DNA from: Porticoccaceae bacterium
Lineage (GTDB): Bacteria > Pseudomonadota > Gammaproteobacteria > Pseudomonadales > Porticoccaceae
DNA: 64,000 nucleotides
Assembly (NCBI GenBank): GCA_023229065.1
Contig: JALNZZ010000001.1
Span: 2,516 to 66,515, forward strand
Direction of reading: 5' to 3'
Positions within the stretch are counted from its first letter, which is position 1; every line of letters begins with the position of its first letter. Of the stretch, positions 40,174 through 48,923 are shown piece by piece. Below the pieces are notes generated by a model that saw only the letters and a program-made list of their open reading frames with translations, was not told the DNA's origin and made no database searches. Both the position numbers and the translations under genes were made by a program.

Positions 40174-40959
40174 TCAGCCGCGCTGGCGCCGGGTCAGGGC
40201 GGCGATAAAGAGTAGACCGCAGGCGAGGACAATGGTGGGCCCCATCGGGGTGTCCCACCACCAGGAGGCAGCGATACCCAGGCATACTGCTACAGAGCCG
40301 ACAAGACTGCCAAATATAGCCATGTGTTCGGGGCGGGTGGCGAAACGCCGCGCAGTGGCCGCAGGGATTACCAGGAGTGAGGTGATCAGCAGAACGCCTA
40401 CTACTTTCATGCCAATGGCGATCACCAGGGCCAGCAACAGCATCTGAACTGTCTTTACCAGTCCCACCCGGACTCCTTCGACTCGCGCCAGGTCTTCGTG
40501 AACCGTAATGGCCAGCAAGGGAGTCCACAACCAGTACACCAGGGCCAGCACCAGTCCGCTGGCGAGCCAAATGGCGATGGTCTCTGTGGTAGTGACTGCC
40601 AGAAGGTCGCCAAACAGCAGCGCTTCTAGGTTAACCCGGGCACCGGGAATCAGCGACATGGCCACCAGTCCCAAGGCCAGAGAGCTGTGGGAGAGAATGC
40701 CGAGCAGGGTGTCGGAGGCCAGGCTCTGTTGGCGACCCAGTGCCAGTAACAGCAGGGCGATAACGAGACAGACAACGATGACCATTGGGCCTGGAGCTAC
40801 CTGTAGCCACAGGCCAGCGGCGATACCCAGCAAGGCAGAATGGGCCAGAGTGTCGCCAAAGTAGGCGAGGCGCCGCCACACGACGAATGCCCCCAGCGGC
40901 CCGCTGACAATGGCTACACCAAGCCCGGCCAGCAGAGCCAGGATGAGAAAGTCAGCCAT
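40174..40959 (-). CDS. znuB: zinc ABC transporter permease
   Basis: About 261 aa polytopic ABC-3 permease, downstream of znuC. Start [12 protein letters not shown] was chosen (a GTG at 40974 is possible). Confidence 0.88.
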   Translation of the reverse strand: MADFLILALLAGLGVAIVSGPLGAFVVWRRLAYFGDTLAHSALLGIAAGLWLQVAPGPMVIVVCLVIALLLLALGRQQSLASDTLLGILSHSSLALGLVAMSLIPGARVNLEALLFGDLLAVTTTETIAIWLASGLVLALVYWLWTPLLAITVHEDLARVEGVRVGLVKTVQMLLLALVIAIGMKVVGVLLITSLLVIPAATARRFATRPEHMAIFGSLVGSVAVCLGIAASWWWDTPMGPTIVLACGLLFIAALTRRQRG

Positions 40960-41704
40960 GGTGATGCCCTCCACAGGTATCGCTACCGGACGTTACTTTG
41001 CCGTGCAGACTGTGTTCATGGTCGTGGTGGTGGGTATACAGGGCTGTGCGCACCCCGAATAGTTCAGTGTAAGCAGGGTCGACAGAGACGATTTCCGGTG
41101 TGCCCTGACAGCACACATGGCGGTTGAGACAGATAACCCTGTCGGTGGCGGCCATCACCAGGTGGAGGTCGTGGGATACCATCAGGATGGCACAGCCAGT
41201 TTCATTGCGAATACGCGTAATCAGTCGGTAGAGTGCTTCCTGGCCAGTGATGTCGACTCCCTGTACGGGCTCGTCGAGCACCAGCAGCTCCGGCTGGCGC
41301 AACAGCGCGCGAGCCAAGAGGACGCGCTGGGTTTCACCTCCGGACAGAGAGGTAACTGGCTGGTGCAGCAGGTGAGGTATTTCCACCCGCTCCAGGGCAT
41401 CGCGGCCACGCTGGGGGTTGCGATCGGCAAGGGCCAGAAAGCCGGCCACGGAAAGTGGCAGGGTGGCATCGATATGCAACTTCTGGGGCATGTACCCAAC
41501 GCGCAAGCGGTGGGAGAAGCGGAGGGTGCCGCTGCCTGGCTTCTGCAGGCCCAGTATGACTCGTACCAGGCTGGTTTTGCCGGCGCCGTTTGGGCCGATC
41601 AGGGTCAAAATCTGACCGGCTTCCAGGTCGAGGCTGACATCTTCCAGTACGGTGCGTCCGGCAAAGCCAAGGTACAGGTTGCGCACGCTCACCAGGTTGC
41701 TCAT
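40952..41704 (-). CDS. znuC: zinc ABC transporter ATPase
   Basis: Walker [10 protein letters not shown], signature LSGGETQRV, Walker B LLVLDEP, and a C-terminal His-rich tail. Confidence 0.92.
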   Translation of the reverse strand: MSNLVSVRNLYLGFAGRTVLEDVSLDLEAGQILTLIGPNGAGKTSLVRVILGLQKPGSGTLRFSHRLRVGYMPQKLHIDATLPLSVAGFLALADRNPQRGRDALERVEIPHLLHQPVTSLSGGETQRVLLARALLRQPELLVLDEPVQGVDITGQEALYRLITRIRNETGCAILMVSHDLHLVMAATDRVICLNRHVCCQGTPEIVSVDPAYTELFGVRTALYTHHHDHEHSLHGKVTSGSDTCGGHHHG

Positions 41705-42198
41705 GATGAACTGTCCTCTTGCTGGCAGGAGGCACACAGGCCTGAGAGCTCAATATTTTGTGTTTCCAGCTGGAAGCCAGCGCGGCTGGCGGTGTCCTCC
41801 AGCGACTTGTTAAGCGTTTCAGCACTCACTTCTGCAGCGCTGCCACAGCAGCGGCAGACCATGAAGACGTCGCTGTGCTCACTGCCGGGGAAGGGGCAGC
41901 CGATAAAGGCGTTGTAGGAGGGTAAGCGGTGTATCAATCCCATTTCCAGCAGGAAGTCTATGGCCCGATAAACACTGGGAGGGCGAATAGGGCGACCGAG
42001 GATGCTCGGTAGCTGCTCGACCACGGCGTAGGCGCCTAAGGGCCGGTGGCTCTGCCAGATCAGTTCCAATACCGCGCGGCGGATCGGTGTGAGCCGCACA
42101 CCCGCTTCAGTGCAATGCTGTTCGGCATGGCTGAGGGCCGCACTCAGGCAGCGGTTGTGGTCATGATGATGATGGGCTGCGCGAGAATTACTCAGCAT
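41701..42198 (-). CDS. zur: zinc uptake regulator, Fur family
   Basis: His-rich N-terminus, winged-helix region ([12 protein letters not shown]), CRCCG and CASC zinc-site pairs. ATGA overlap with znuC. Confidence 0.88.
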   Translation of the reverse strand: MLSNSRAAHHHHDHNRCLSAALSHAEQHCTEAGVRLTPIRRAVLELIWQSHRPLGAYAVVEQLPSILGRPIRPPSVYRAIDFLLEMGLIHRLPSYNAFIGCPFPGSEHSDVFMVCRCCGSAAEVSAETLNKSLEDTASRAGFQLETQNIELSGLCASCQQEDSSS

Positions 42199-42224
42199 GA
42201 TGAGGGTCAATACCAGCAGTGATT

Positions 42225-42239
42225 TGGTATAATGTACCA
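42225..42239. promoter_or_regulatory. candidate Zur box in the zur-znuCB / znuA divergent promoter
   Basis: TGGTATAATGTACCA has inverted arms TGGTA/TACCA. It matches 12 of 15 positions of the remembered core TGTTATAATATAACA and overlaps a TATAAT -10-like hexamer. Confidence 0.45.
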
Positions 42240-42315
42240 CTTTATTTGGCGGCCAGGTTTTCAGACCCGGTTGAATGTAAGGAGCGCGGCAAAAAGCCGC
42301 AGGGTCTGGCCAAGA

Positions 42316-43242
42316 ATGAAACAATGTAACATCTGTCGAAAGCTGTGCATAGGATTGTTTACCCTGGTTTGTGTAGGGGGCACAGTGCTGGCTGGTAGTG
42401 ATAAGGGAGAGACTGGCCCGCCGAGTTCAAGCCGGGTGGAAAAGCCGCAACTGGCAGTCTCGATTCGTCCTTTGGCCATGATTGTCCGCGAGTTGGTTGG
42501 CGACGCAGTGGAGATTCGCCAGCTGATTGATGCCGGACAGGATCCCCACCACGCGGCTCTACAGCCATCCCGCCGGCAGCAACTCGATGAGGCTGATCTG
42601 GTGATCTGGGTCGGGCCGGGGCTGGAATCCTTTCTCGCCCGTCCACTGGCGAATTTTGCCGCAGAGCGGCGAGTCACCTGGTTGCCGGGTGAGAGCTCGG
42701 GGAGTCACGGGCATCATCATCCCGCAGGTGAGGATCCTCACCCCTGGCTGTCTCCCTCCCAAACGCTTGTTTTCAGTCGCCGCTTGGCGTTGGTACTCAC
42801 TGCCAGGTACCCTGTTCTGGCACCCGACATTCAGTCTCGTCTGTCCGCCTTTGAAGACCGTCTCGAACATCAGGCTGCGGAGTTGATGCTGCGCCTGGAA
42901 CCCTTGCGCCGCGATGGCCAGACCTTTATCGCCGAGCACGCTGCTTATGGCTCCTTTGTCGCTTTTGCCGGCCTGACTGAGGCCGGTAGTCTCAGTGACA
43001 GCTCGGGAGTAGCCCAAGGAGCGAGAAACTTACAGGCTCTCCAGGACCGCACTGATGTCGCCTGCATCGCGGTAGAGCAGGCACCCGGTTCTCGGTTGGC
43101 TATCCAGCTAGCAGCTACACTGGCGGTGCCGGTGGTGGAAATTGACCCTTTCGGCACCCTGTTGTCAGACAGCGCCAGTTACAGCGACTTGATGGAGAGC
43201 GTGGTGGCTGGTTTTGAGCAATGCCTGGCCGGAGCTGAATAG
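42316..43242 (+). CDS. znuA: periplasmic zinc-binding protein
   Basis: Signal peptide, His/acidic loop GSHGHHHPAGEDPHPW, cluster-9 SBP length. Divergent from zur-znuCB. Confidence 0.9.
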   Translation: MKQCNICRKLCIGLFTLVCVGGTVLAGSDKGETGPPSSSRVEKPQLAVSIRPLAMIVRELVGDAVEIRQLIDAGQDPHHAALQPSRRQQLDEADLVIWVGPGLESFLARPLANFAAERRVTWLPGESSGSHGHHHPAGEDPHPWLSPSQTLVFSRRLALVLTARYPVLAPDIQSRLSAFEDRLEHQAAELMLRLEPLRRDGQTFIAEHAAYGSFVAFAGLTEAGSLSDSSGVAQGARNLQALQDRTDVACIAVEQAPGSRLAIQLAATLAVPVVEIDPFGTLLSDSASYSDLMESVVAGFEQCLAGAE

Positions 43243-43321
43243 GAAACGGTGCCGTCGGCCGGGTTAGCGAAGCCTCTTCGGTGATGGTGTATCCTTAGTG
43301 TCATTGCCACAAGGATTTTCC

Positions 43322-46042
43322 ATGACCACAGACGACAATGCTCCGCTGGTGCTGGTTGACGGCTCCTCCTACTTGTACCGCGCTTTTCATGCCCTGCCAC
43401 CCTTGACCAGCTCCAAAGGGCAGCCTACGGGGGCGGTCAAAGGTGTGATCGCTATGCTCAAGCGCCTTGCCAAGGATTATCAGGGCAGCACCCTGGTAGT
43501 GGTTTTCGATGCCAAGGGAAAGACCTTTCGCGACGAGCTCTTCGAACAGTACAAATCCCATCGCCCACCGATGCCCGATGATCTGCGCAGCCAGATCGAG
43601 CCGATCCACGCTATCGTTCGCGGCATGGGCCTACCGTTGCTGATTATCGACGGCGTCGAGGCAGACGATGTTATTGGCACCCTCGCCTGCCAGCATGCTC
43701 GCGAGGGCAAGTCGGTGGTGATCTCCACGGGCGATAAGGACATGGCTCAGCTGGTGGAGGAACGCATTACGCTGGTCAACACCATGACGGATACTCGTCT
43801 TGACCGCGATGGGGTGGTAGAAAAATTCGGGGTGCCCCCGGAGCTGATCATCGATTACCTGGCTCTGGTTGGCGACAAGTCCGACAATATTCCCGGGGTG
43901 CCGGGGGTGGGCGAAAAAACGGCCCTGGCGCTGCTGCAGAATCTGGGGGGGCTGGATGTCATTTACGGCGATCTGGAAGCGGTGCGCAACCTCGATTTTC
44001 GCGGTGCCAAAAAAATGCCGGAAAAGCTCGCCGAGCACCGTGAGCAGGCCTATCTTTCCTATCAGCTGGCGACCATCAAAACCGATGTCGAGCTTGATGA
44101 AGACTCCGCCAGTTTGGCCCCGGCTGCGCCGGACAAGCAGCGTCTTGTCGAACTGTTTCTCGATCTGGAGTTCAAGGCGTGGAGTGATGAGCTGCTGGCT
44201 GATGAAGAGGTCAGCGCGAGCCAGCCTGCGCTTGCAAAGGACTGGCAGACCATCCTGGACAAGGAATCCTTCGAAACCTGGCTCGAACGCCTGAAGCGGG
44301 CACCATTGTTTGCTTTCGATACCGAAACCACCAGTCTGAACTACATGGAGGCGGAGCTGGTGGGCCTCTCTTTTGCCGTCCAGCCCCATGAAGCAGCTTA
44401 TGTGCCATTGGGCCACGACTATCTGGGCGCCCCACCCCAGCTGGATCGCCAGTGGGTACTGGAGCGTCTCAAGCCCCTGTTGGAGGACGCCAATCACCAC
44501 AAGCTGGGCCAAAACCTCAAGTACGATACCAGTGTGCTTGCGCGCCATGGCATCAAGTTGCGCGGAGTGGTTTTCGACACCATGCTGGAGTCCTATGTGC
44601 TGGACTCCACCGCTACCCGCCACGATATGGACAGCCTGGCCCTCAAGTATCTGGGTGAGAAAACGATTCACTTTACAGATATCGCCGGCAAAGGCGTGGG
44701 ACAGCTGACCTTCAACCAGGTTTCTCTGGAGGAGGCTGCTCCCTACGCAGCCGAAGATGCGGATATTACCTTGCGCTTGCATCAAGCCTTGTGGCCCCGT
44801 CTCGAAGAGATACCGTCGTTGCGCAAGGTGTTCGAGACCATTGAAATGCCGCTGATGCCTGTGCTGTCTCGCATCGAGCGCAATGGCGCCCGCGTTGATG
44901 CTGCGCTGCTCAAGAAACAGGGTGACGAAATTGCCACTCGCCTCGACGAGCTCGAGCGGGAGGCACATGAGCTGGCGGGACAGTCCTTTAACCTGGCTTC
45001 CCCCAAGCAGCTGGGGGAAGTGCTCTTCGACAAGCTGAAGATCCCGGTGTTGAAGAAAACGGCCACCGGGGCTCCGTCCACAAAAGAAGAAGTGCTTCAG
45101 GAGTTGGCGCTGGATTATCCCTTGCCGCGCTTGCTCCTTGAGCACCGCGGGTTGGCCAAGCTCAAATCCACCTATATCGACAAGCTGCCACGCATGGTCA
45201 ACCCGGCTACCGGACGCGTCCACACCTCCTACCACCAGGCCGGGACGGCCACCGGACGGCTGTCGTCCTCTGACCCCAATCTGCAGAATATCCCTGTTCG
45301 CAGTGCCGAGGGACGCCGTATCCGCCAAGCGTTTGTGGCCGACAAGGGTAATTTGATCTTGGCGGCAGACTACTCACAGATCGAACTGCGCATCATGGCG
45401 CATCTGTCTGGTGACGAGAGCCTGCTGCAGGCCTTCCGCGATGGGCTCGACATCCACCGGGCCACTGCGGCGGAAGTATTTGAAACCCCGCTCGACAAGG
45501 TTACCCAGGACCAGCGTCGCAGTGCCAAAGCGATTAATTTTGGCCTGATCTACGGCATGTCAGCCTTTGGGTTAGCACGTCAACTGCACTTGGGGCGCAA
45601 CCAGGCGCAGGAGTATATCGATCTCTATTTTGCCCGTTACCCGGGCGTCGCTGCCTATATGGAGAACACCCGGCAGCAGGCTCGCGAACAGGGTTTTGTG
45701 GAAACGCTCTTCGGGCGCAGGCTCTACCTGCCTGATATCAAGGCTGGCAAGGGCCAGCTGAGGCAAGCGGCCGAGCGCACCGCGATCAATGCCCCCATGC
45801 AGGGTACTGCCGCAGATATCATCAAGCGAGCCATGATCAGTGTCGATGACTGGCTGACGGAGCAGGGGCTGGCTACCCGCATGATTATGCAGGTGCATGA
45901 TGAGCTGGTGTTTGAAGTGCCGGAGAAAGAGCTGGACACTGTTCACGATGAGGTGAGCCGCCGGATGGCCGCCGCTGCAGAACTAGCTGTGCCGCTGGTA
46001 GTGGAAGTAGGCAGCGGACTCAATTGGGATGAGGCGCATTAA
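43322..46042 (+). CDS. polA: DNA polymerase I
   Basis: 5-prime nuclease N-terminus ([14 protein letters not shown]), 3-5 exo FDTETT, polymerase motifs DYSQIELR and QVHDELVFE. Confidence 0.97.
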   Translation: MTTDDNAPLVLVDGSSYLYRAFHALPPLTSSKGQPTGAVKGVIAMLKRLAKDYQGSTLVVVFDAKGKTFRDELFEQYKSHRPPMPDDLRSQIEPIHAIVRGMGLPLLIIDGVEADDVIGTLACQHAREGKSVVISTGDKDMAQLVEERITLVNTMTDTRLDRDGVVEKFGVPPELIIDYLALVGDKSDNIPGVPGVGEKTALALLQNLGGLDVIYGDLEAVRNLDFRGAKKMPEKLAEHREQAYLSYQLATIKTDVELDEDSASLAPAAPDKQRLVELFLDLEFKAWSDELLADEEVSASQPALAKDWQTILDKESFETWLERLKRAPLFAFDTETTSLNYMEAELVGLSFAVQPHEAAYVPLGHDYLGAPPQLDRQWVLERLKPLLEDANHHKLGQNLKYDTSVLARHGIKLRGVVFDTMLESYVLDSTATRHDMDSLALKYLGEKTIHFTDIAGKGVGQLTFNQVSLEEAAPYAAEDADITLRLHQALWPRLEEIPSLRKVFETIEMPLMPVLSRIERNGARVDAALLKKQGDEIATRLDELEREAHELAGQSFNLASPKQLGEVLFDKLKIPVLKKTATGAPSTKEEVLQELALDYPLPRLLLEHRGLAKLKSTYIDKLPRMVNPATGRVHTSYHQAGTATGRLSSSDPNLQNIPVRSAEGRRIRQAFVADKGNLILAADYSQIELRIMAHLSGDESLLQAFRDGLDIHRATAAEVFETPLDKVTQDQRRSAKAINFGLIYGMSAFGLARQLHLGRNQAQEYIDLYFARYPGVAAYMENTRQQAREQGFVETLFGRRLYLPDIKAGKGQLRQAAERTAINAPMQGTAADIIKRAMISVDDWLTEQGLATRMIMQVHDELVFEVPEKELDTVHDEVSRRMAAAAELAVPLVVEVGSGLNWDEAH

Positions 46043-46335
46043 AGACCTTTCTGACCATGGTCGAAACCCTTGGAAAGCAATCACTGGTGCCGTGGAACCA
46101 AGCGCATTTCTCTGGTTCAGAGTAAGCGCAGCCTTGGTAAACTGTGTTCACCGGTTCTTCGCCTTGCTTGTTTAGCCTTGTTCCGCGTTATTTGAAGTAT
46201 GGATGCTCTGGTCTCTCCTCTCTTTGGGGTAGGTTGTTTTTCCTTTTATATCAGTTGCTTGGGTGTAAAAGATCAGTGTGGAATAGCAAGAAAAGCAGGG
46301 TGAAGAAAATAATTTTCATTTTTTGAGAATTTATT

Positions 46336-46362
46336 GAACTTTAGGGATAAGGACCGGTCTGA
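46336..46362 (+). promoter_or_regulatory. sigmaE/AlgU-type (ECF) promoter
   Basis: GAACTT (46336-46341), a 16-nt spacer, then TCTGA (46358-46362). This is an exact match to the remembered AlgU/RpoE consensus GAACTT-N16/17-TCTGA. Confidence 0.6.
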
Positions 46363-46368
46363 GATAGC

Positions 46369-46465
46369 GGTTAGTGTTTCCTCTTCGTTGTGAGCAAACC
46401 GGGAACCCTCTCCCCTCTTGGCAATCCCGGTTCTTCTGCCGGCGCACCTTGCGCCGGCTTTTTTA
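46369..46465 (+). ncRNA. candidate ~100-nt sRNA in the polA-engB spacer (ErsA/Spot 42 genomic position)
   Basis: Begins a few nt after the ECF promoter. Internal hairpin AACCGGGA (46397-46404) / TCCCGGTT (46425-46432) with a C/U-rich loop. Ends in an intrinsic terminator. No plausible ORF. The 5-prime end is predicted only. Confidence 0.55.
46438..46464 (+). terminator. Rho-independent terminator
   Basis: GCCGGCGC-acctt-GCGCCGGC followed by TTTTTT. It lies about 400 nt after the polA stop, so it is unlikely to be the polA terminator. Confidence 0.8.
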
Positions 46466-46499
46466 TCTCCCCGTTTTGCCTTCTCGCTTTTCCTGTTTT

Positions 46500-47123
46500 C
46501 TACAGGCTCTGTTCAAGCCATTGATTCATAAAGGCTTCAAGCTCGCTAAGCCCCTGTTTTTTGAGGGCTGAAAAAAGTTGCACGGACACGTGGTCGATTC
46601 CGGCGTCGGCCAGTTGCCGGCGTACTTTAAGAAGCTCGTTGCTGGCGGGGCCATGATTGAGTTTGTCGGCCTTGGTAAGCAGAATATGCAGGGGCAGGTG
46701 ACCGGCCTGGGCCCAGCGGATCATTTGCCAGTCGTACTCCTGTAGCGGATGGCGAATATCCATCAGCAATACCAATCCCTTCAGGGATTGGCGTTGCTGG
46801 AGGTATTCCGCCAGGTGCTTGTCCCAGTCACTTTTCACGGCTTTTGATACCTTGGCAAAGCCGTAGCCTGGCAGGTCCACCAGGCGGCGTCCCGGTCCAA
46901 GGCTGAAAAAGTTGATCAGTTGAGTGCGCCCAGGGGTCTTGCTGGTGCGCGCCAACTTGCTTTGACGGGTCAGCGTATTGATGGCGCTGGACTTTCCGGC
47001 GTTGGAGCGGCCGGCAAAGGCGACTTCTGCGCCTGTGTCCGTTGGACATTGGTGCAGTGTGGGCGCACTTTGCATGAAAGTGGCAGTGGCGAAATTGATG
47101 GCTTCAGTCATAGCTTTACTCAT
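46500..47123 (-). CDS. engB: ribosome biogenesis GTPase YihA/EngB
   Basis: G1 [15 protein letters not shown] and LTKADK motifs. 207 aa. Confidence 0.93.
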   Translation of the reverse strand: MSKAMTEAINFATATFMQSAPTLHQCPTDTGAEVAFAGRSNAGKSSAINTLTRQSKLARTSKTPGRTQLINFFSLGPGRRLVDLPGYGFAKVSKAVKSDWDKHLAEYLQQRQSLKGLVLLMDIRHPLQEYDWQMIRWAQAGHLPLHILLTKADKLNHGPASNELLKVRRQLADAGIDHVSVQLFSALKKQGLSELEAFMNQWLEQSL

Positions 47124-47281
47124 GGCTGGGCAGTATAGCGTTTAAGCTTGGCAAAGGAATGGTATATAATGCGCCGCCCGAACAGGCCCCAGGGTCTGCT
47201 AATGACGAGACTTGAGACGCTGGTTGCCGGTGGGTCGAGAAGTCTCGATTACTGAGACATGTAGCCAAGACGGAATCCCCC

Positions 47282-47923
47282 ATGATGAAAACTGCGAGTG
47301 GTTTAGCCTTTGTCCTGTCCCTCATGATCGCCCCTTTTGCCATGGCCGCAGGGGATGCCAAAGCTGGTGAAGGCAAGACCGCTGTCTGTGTCGCCTGTCA
47401 CTCGAGCGACGGCAACAGCCCCTCCCCGGCTTTCCCCAAACTGGCTGGCCTCGGCGAGAAGTATTTGCTCAAGCAGTTGAAGGATATCCAGTCGGGCGCC
47501 CGTCCAGTACTCGAAATGACAGGTATGCTCAATGGTTTTAACGAGCAGGATCTAGCAGACATCGCTGCTTACTACAACTCTCAAACCCGCCAGATGGCGG
47601 GTGCCAAGGACGTCAAGCTGGATCTTGGCGAGCGTATCTATCGCGGCGGTAACATTGCTACCGGCGTGGCAGCTTGTATCGGCTGTCATGCTCCCAGCGG
47701 TAATGGCAACGCTCCCGCAGGTTATCCGGCTCTCGGCGGCCAATATGCCGACTATATCGCCAAGCAGTTGCGCGCTTTCCGCACTGCTGCCCATGATGAA
47801 GAAGATGCCAGCGGCCGCGACAACGATGGTGAGCCCGCCATGATGCGCGGTGTCGCTGCTCGTATGACCGATCAGGAGATCGACGCTGTAGCCAACTACA
47901 TTGCGGGTCTCAAGGGTAACTAG
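47282..47923 (+). CDS. diheme cytochrome c4
   Basis: Signal peptide plus two heme motifs, CVACH and CIGCH. 213 aa. Position between engB and dsbA as in Pseudomonas. Confidence 0.9.
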   Translation: MMKTASGLAFVLSLMIAPFAMAAGDAKAGEGKTAVCVACHSSDGNSPSPAFPKLAGLGEKYLLKQLKDIQSGARPVLEMTGMLNGFNEQDLADIAAYYNSQTRQMAGAKDVKLDLGERIYRGGNIATGVAACIGCHAPSGNGNAPAGYPALGGQYADYIAKQLRAFRTAAHDEEDASGRDNDGEPAMMRGVAARMTDQEIDAVANYIAGLKGN

Positions 47924-47954
47924 GGCAGGCCTGAAGTCCAGCTGATAATGAATC

Positions 47955-47982
47955 AAAAAGGCGGCCTGGTGCCGCCTTTTTT
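47955..47982 (+). terminator. Rho-independent terminator after cytochrome c4
   Basis: AAAAAG-GGCGGC-ctggt-GCCGCC-TTTTTT. Confidence 0.8.
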
Positions 47983-48122
47983 GTGTTTAGCCGGTAAGGA
48001 AGCTGGCCCGGCAGGTCAGAAAGCCGCTAAATCGGCTAACAGGCGGCTTACTTTTGTGTAAACTCTCGGTGCGTACCGCCGACCGGTGGGCACCTGGTCA
48101 AGATAGATAACCTGGAGCAGAC

Positions 48123-48848
48123 ATGCAGAATCTCACCAAGTGGATATTCCCTTTTTTGATCGTCTTTGCCCTTGGCTGCCAGGCCGAGCAGGACAGTGCT
48201 CAGGCGACGGCCGCTGCGCCCCCAGCCGAGGCCCCGGTCTCTGCCACCATTGATGCCAAGCCAGCTTCATCTGCCTCTGCCAACTATGTGGCTGGCACTC
48301 ACTACGAAGTACTGCCACAACCCGTGCCCACTGCCGACCCCAGCAAGATCGAAGTTGCCGAAGTGTTTTGGTACGGTTGTGGTCACTGTTATGACTTCGA
48401 GCCCCTGTTCGAGTCCTGGGCGGAGAACTTGCCCGCTGATGTAGCGGTGGTGCGCAGCCCTGCCATGTGGGATCAGCAGGGTATCATGGAGCGCCATGCC
48501 CGGATCTATTACACAGCGAAGGCTCTGGGTGTGTTCGACGAAGTGCATATGGCGACCTTCGAGGCAATGAACCTGCACCGCAACCAGCTGCAAACGGAGG
48601 AGGCCATTGCCAAGCTGTTTGAAGAGAAAGGGGTGAGCCGGGAGGACTTCGACAAAACTTTCAACTCTTTCGGAGTCACCAGCGCCGTCAAGCAGGCCGA
48701 GTCGCGGTTGCGAGGCTACCGCACCCAGGGCACACCGGAAGTGGTGATCAATGGTACCTACCGGGTAAGTAGCCGCCTGGCGGGGGGGCACCAGGACATG
48801 CTCAATGTCTCCAGCTTCCTGATCGAGAAGATCCGCAGCGAGCAATAA
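48123..48848 (+). CDS. dsbA: thiol:disulfide oxidoreductase DsbA with extended N-terminal linker
   Basis: The FWYGCGHCYDFEP CxxC active site sits in a thioredoxin fold. The N-terminus has signal peptide FLIVFALGC followed by an Ala/Pro-rich ~40-aa low-complexity stretch. Confidence 0.88.
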   Translation: MQNLTKWIFPFLIVFALGCQAEQDSAQATAAAPPAEAPVSATIDAKPASSASANYVAGTHYEVLPQPVPTADPSKIEVAEVFWYGCGHCYDFEPLFESWAENLPADVAVVRSPAMWDQQGIMERHARIYYTAKALGVFDEVHMATFEAMNLHRNQLQTEEAIAKLFEEKGVSREDFDKTFNSFGVTSAVKQAESRLRGYRTQGTPEVVINGTYRVSSRLAGGHQDMLNVSSFLIEKIRSEQ

Positions 48849-48859
48849 TGCTTTAGAAA

Positions 48860-48884
48860 GAAGGCCACCTGATCGGTGGCCTTC
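48860..48884. terminator. hairpin between convergent dsbA and the PF10136-like gene
   Basis: GAAGGCCACC-tgatc-GGTGGCCTTC is a perfect 10-bp stem. The U-tail is weak on both strands. Confidence 0.45.
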
Positions 48885-48923
48885 GCCGTTATTGGTCCCT
48901 TCTGTCCGTCATCTTTAAAGCGA

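Noticed and set aside
46144-46326. 60-aa hydrophobic, basic-tailed ORF in the A/T-rich polA-engB spacer (possible type I toxin-like peptide).
   Set aside because: It has a GTG start without a Shine-Dalgarno. Its composition is explained by T-rich DNA. There is no antitoxin-like antisense promoter or terminator. I kept only the compositional oddity as a finding.
46374-46571. 65-aa ORF starting just after the ECF promoter.
   Set aside because: It reads straight through the intrinsic terminator and into the 3-prime end of engB on the opposite strand, and it has no SD. The region is better explained as a non-coding RNA.
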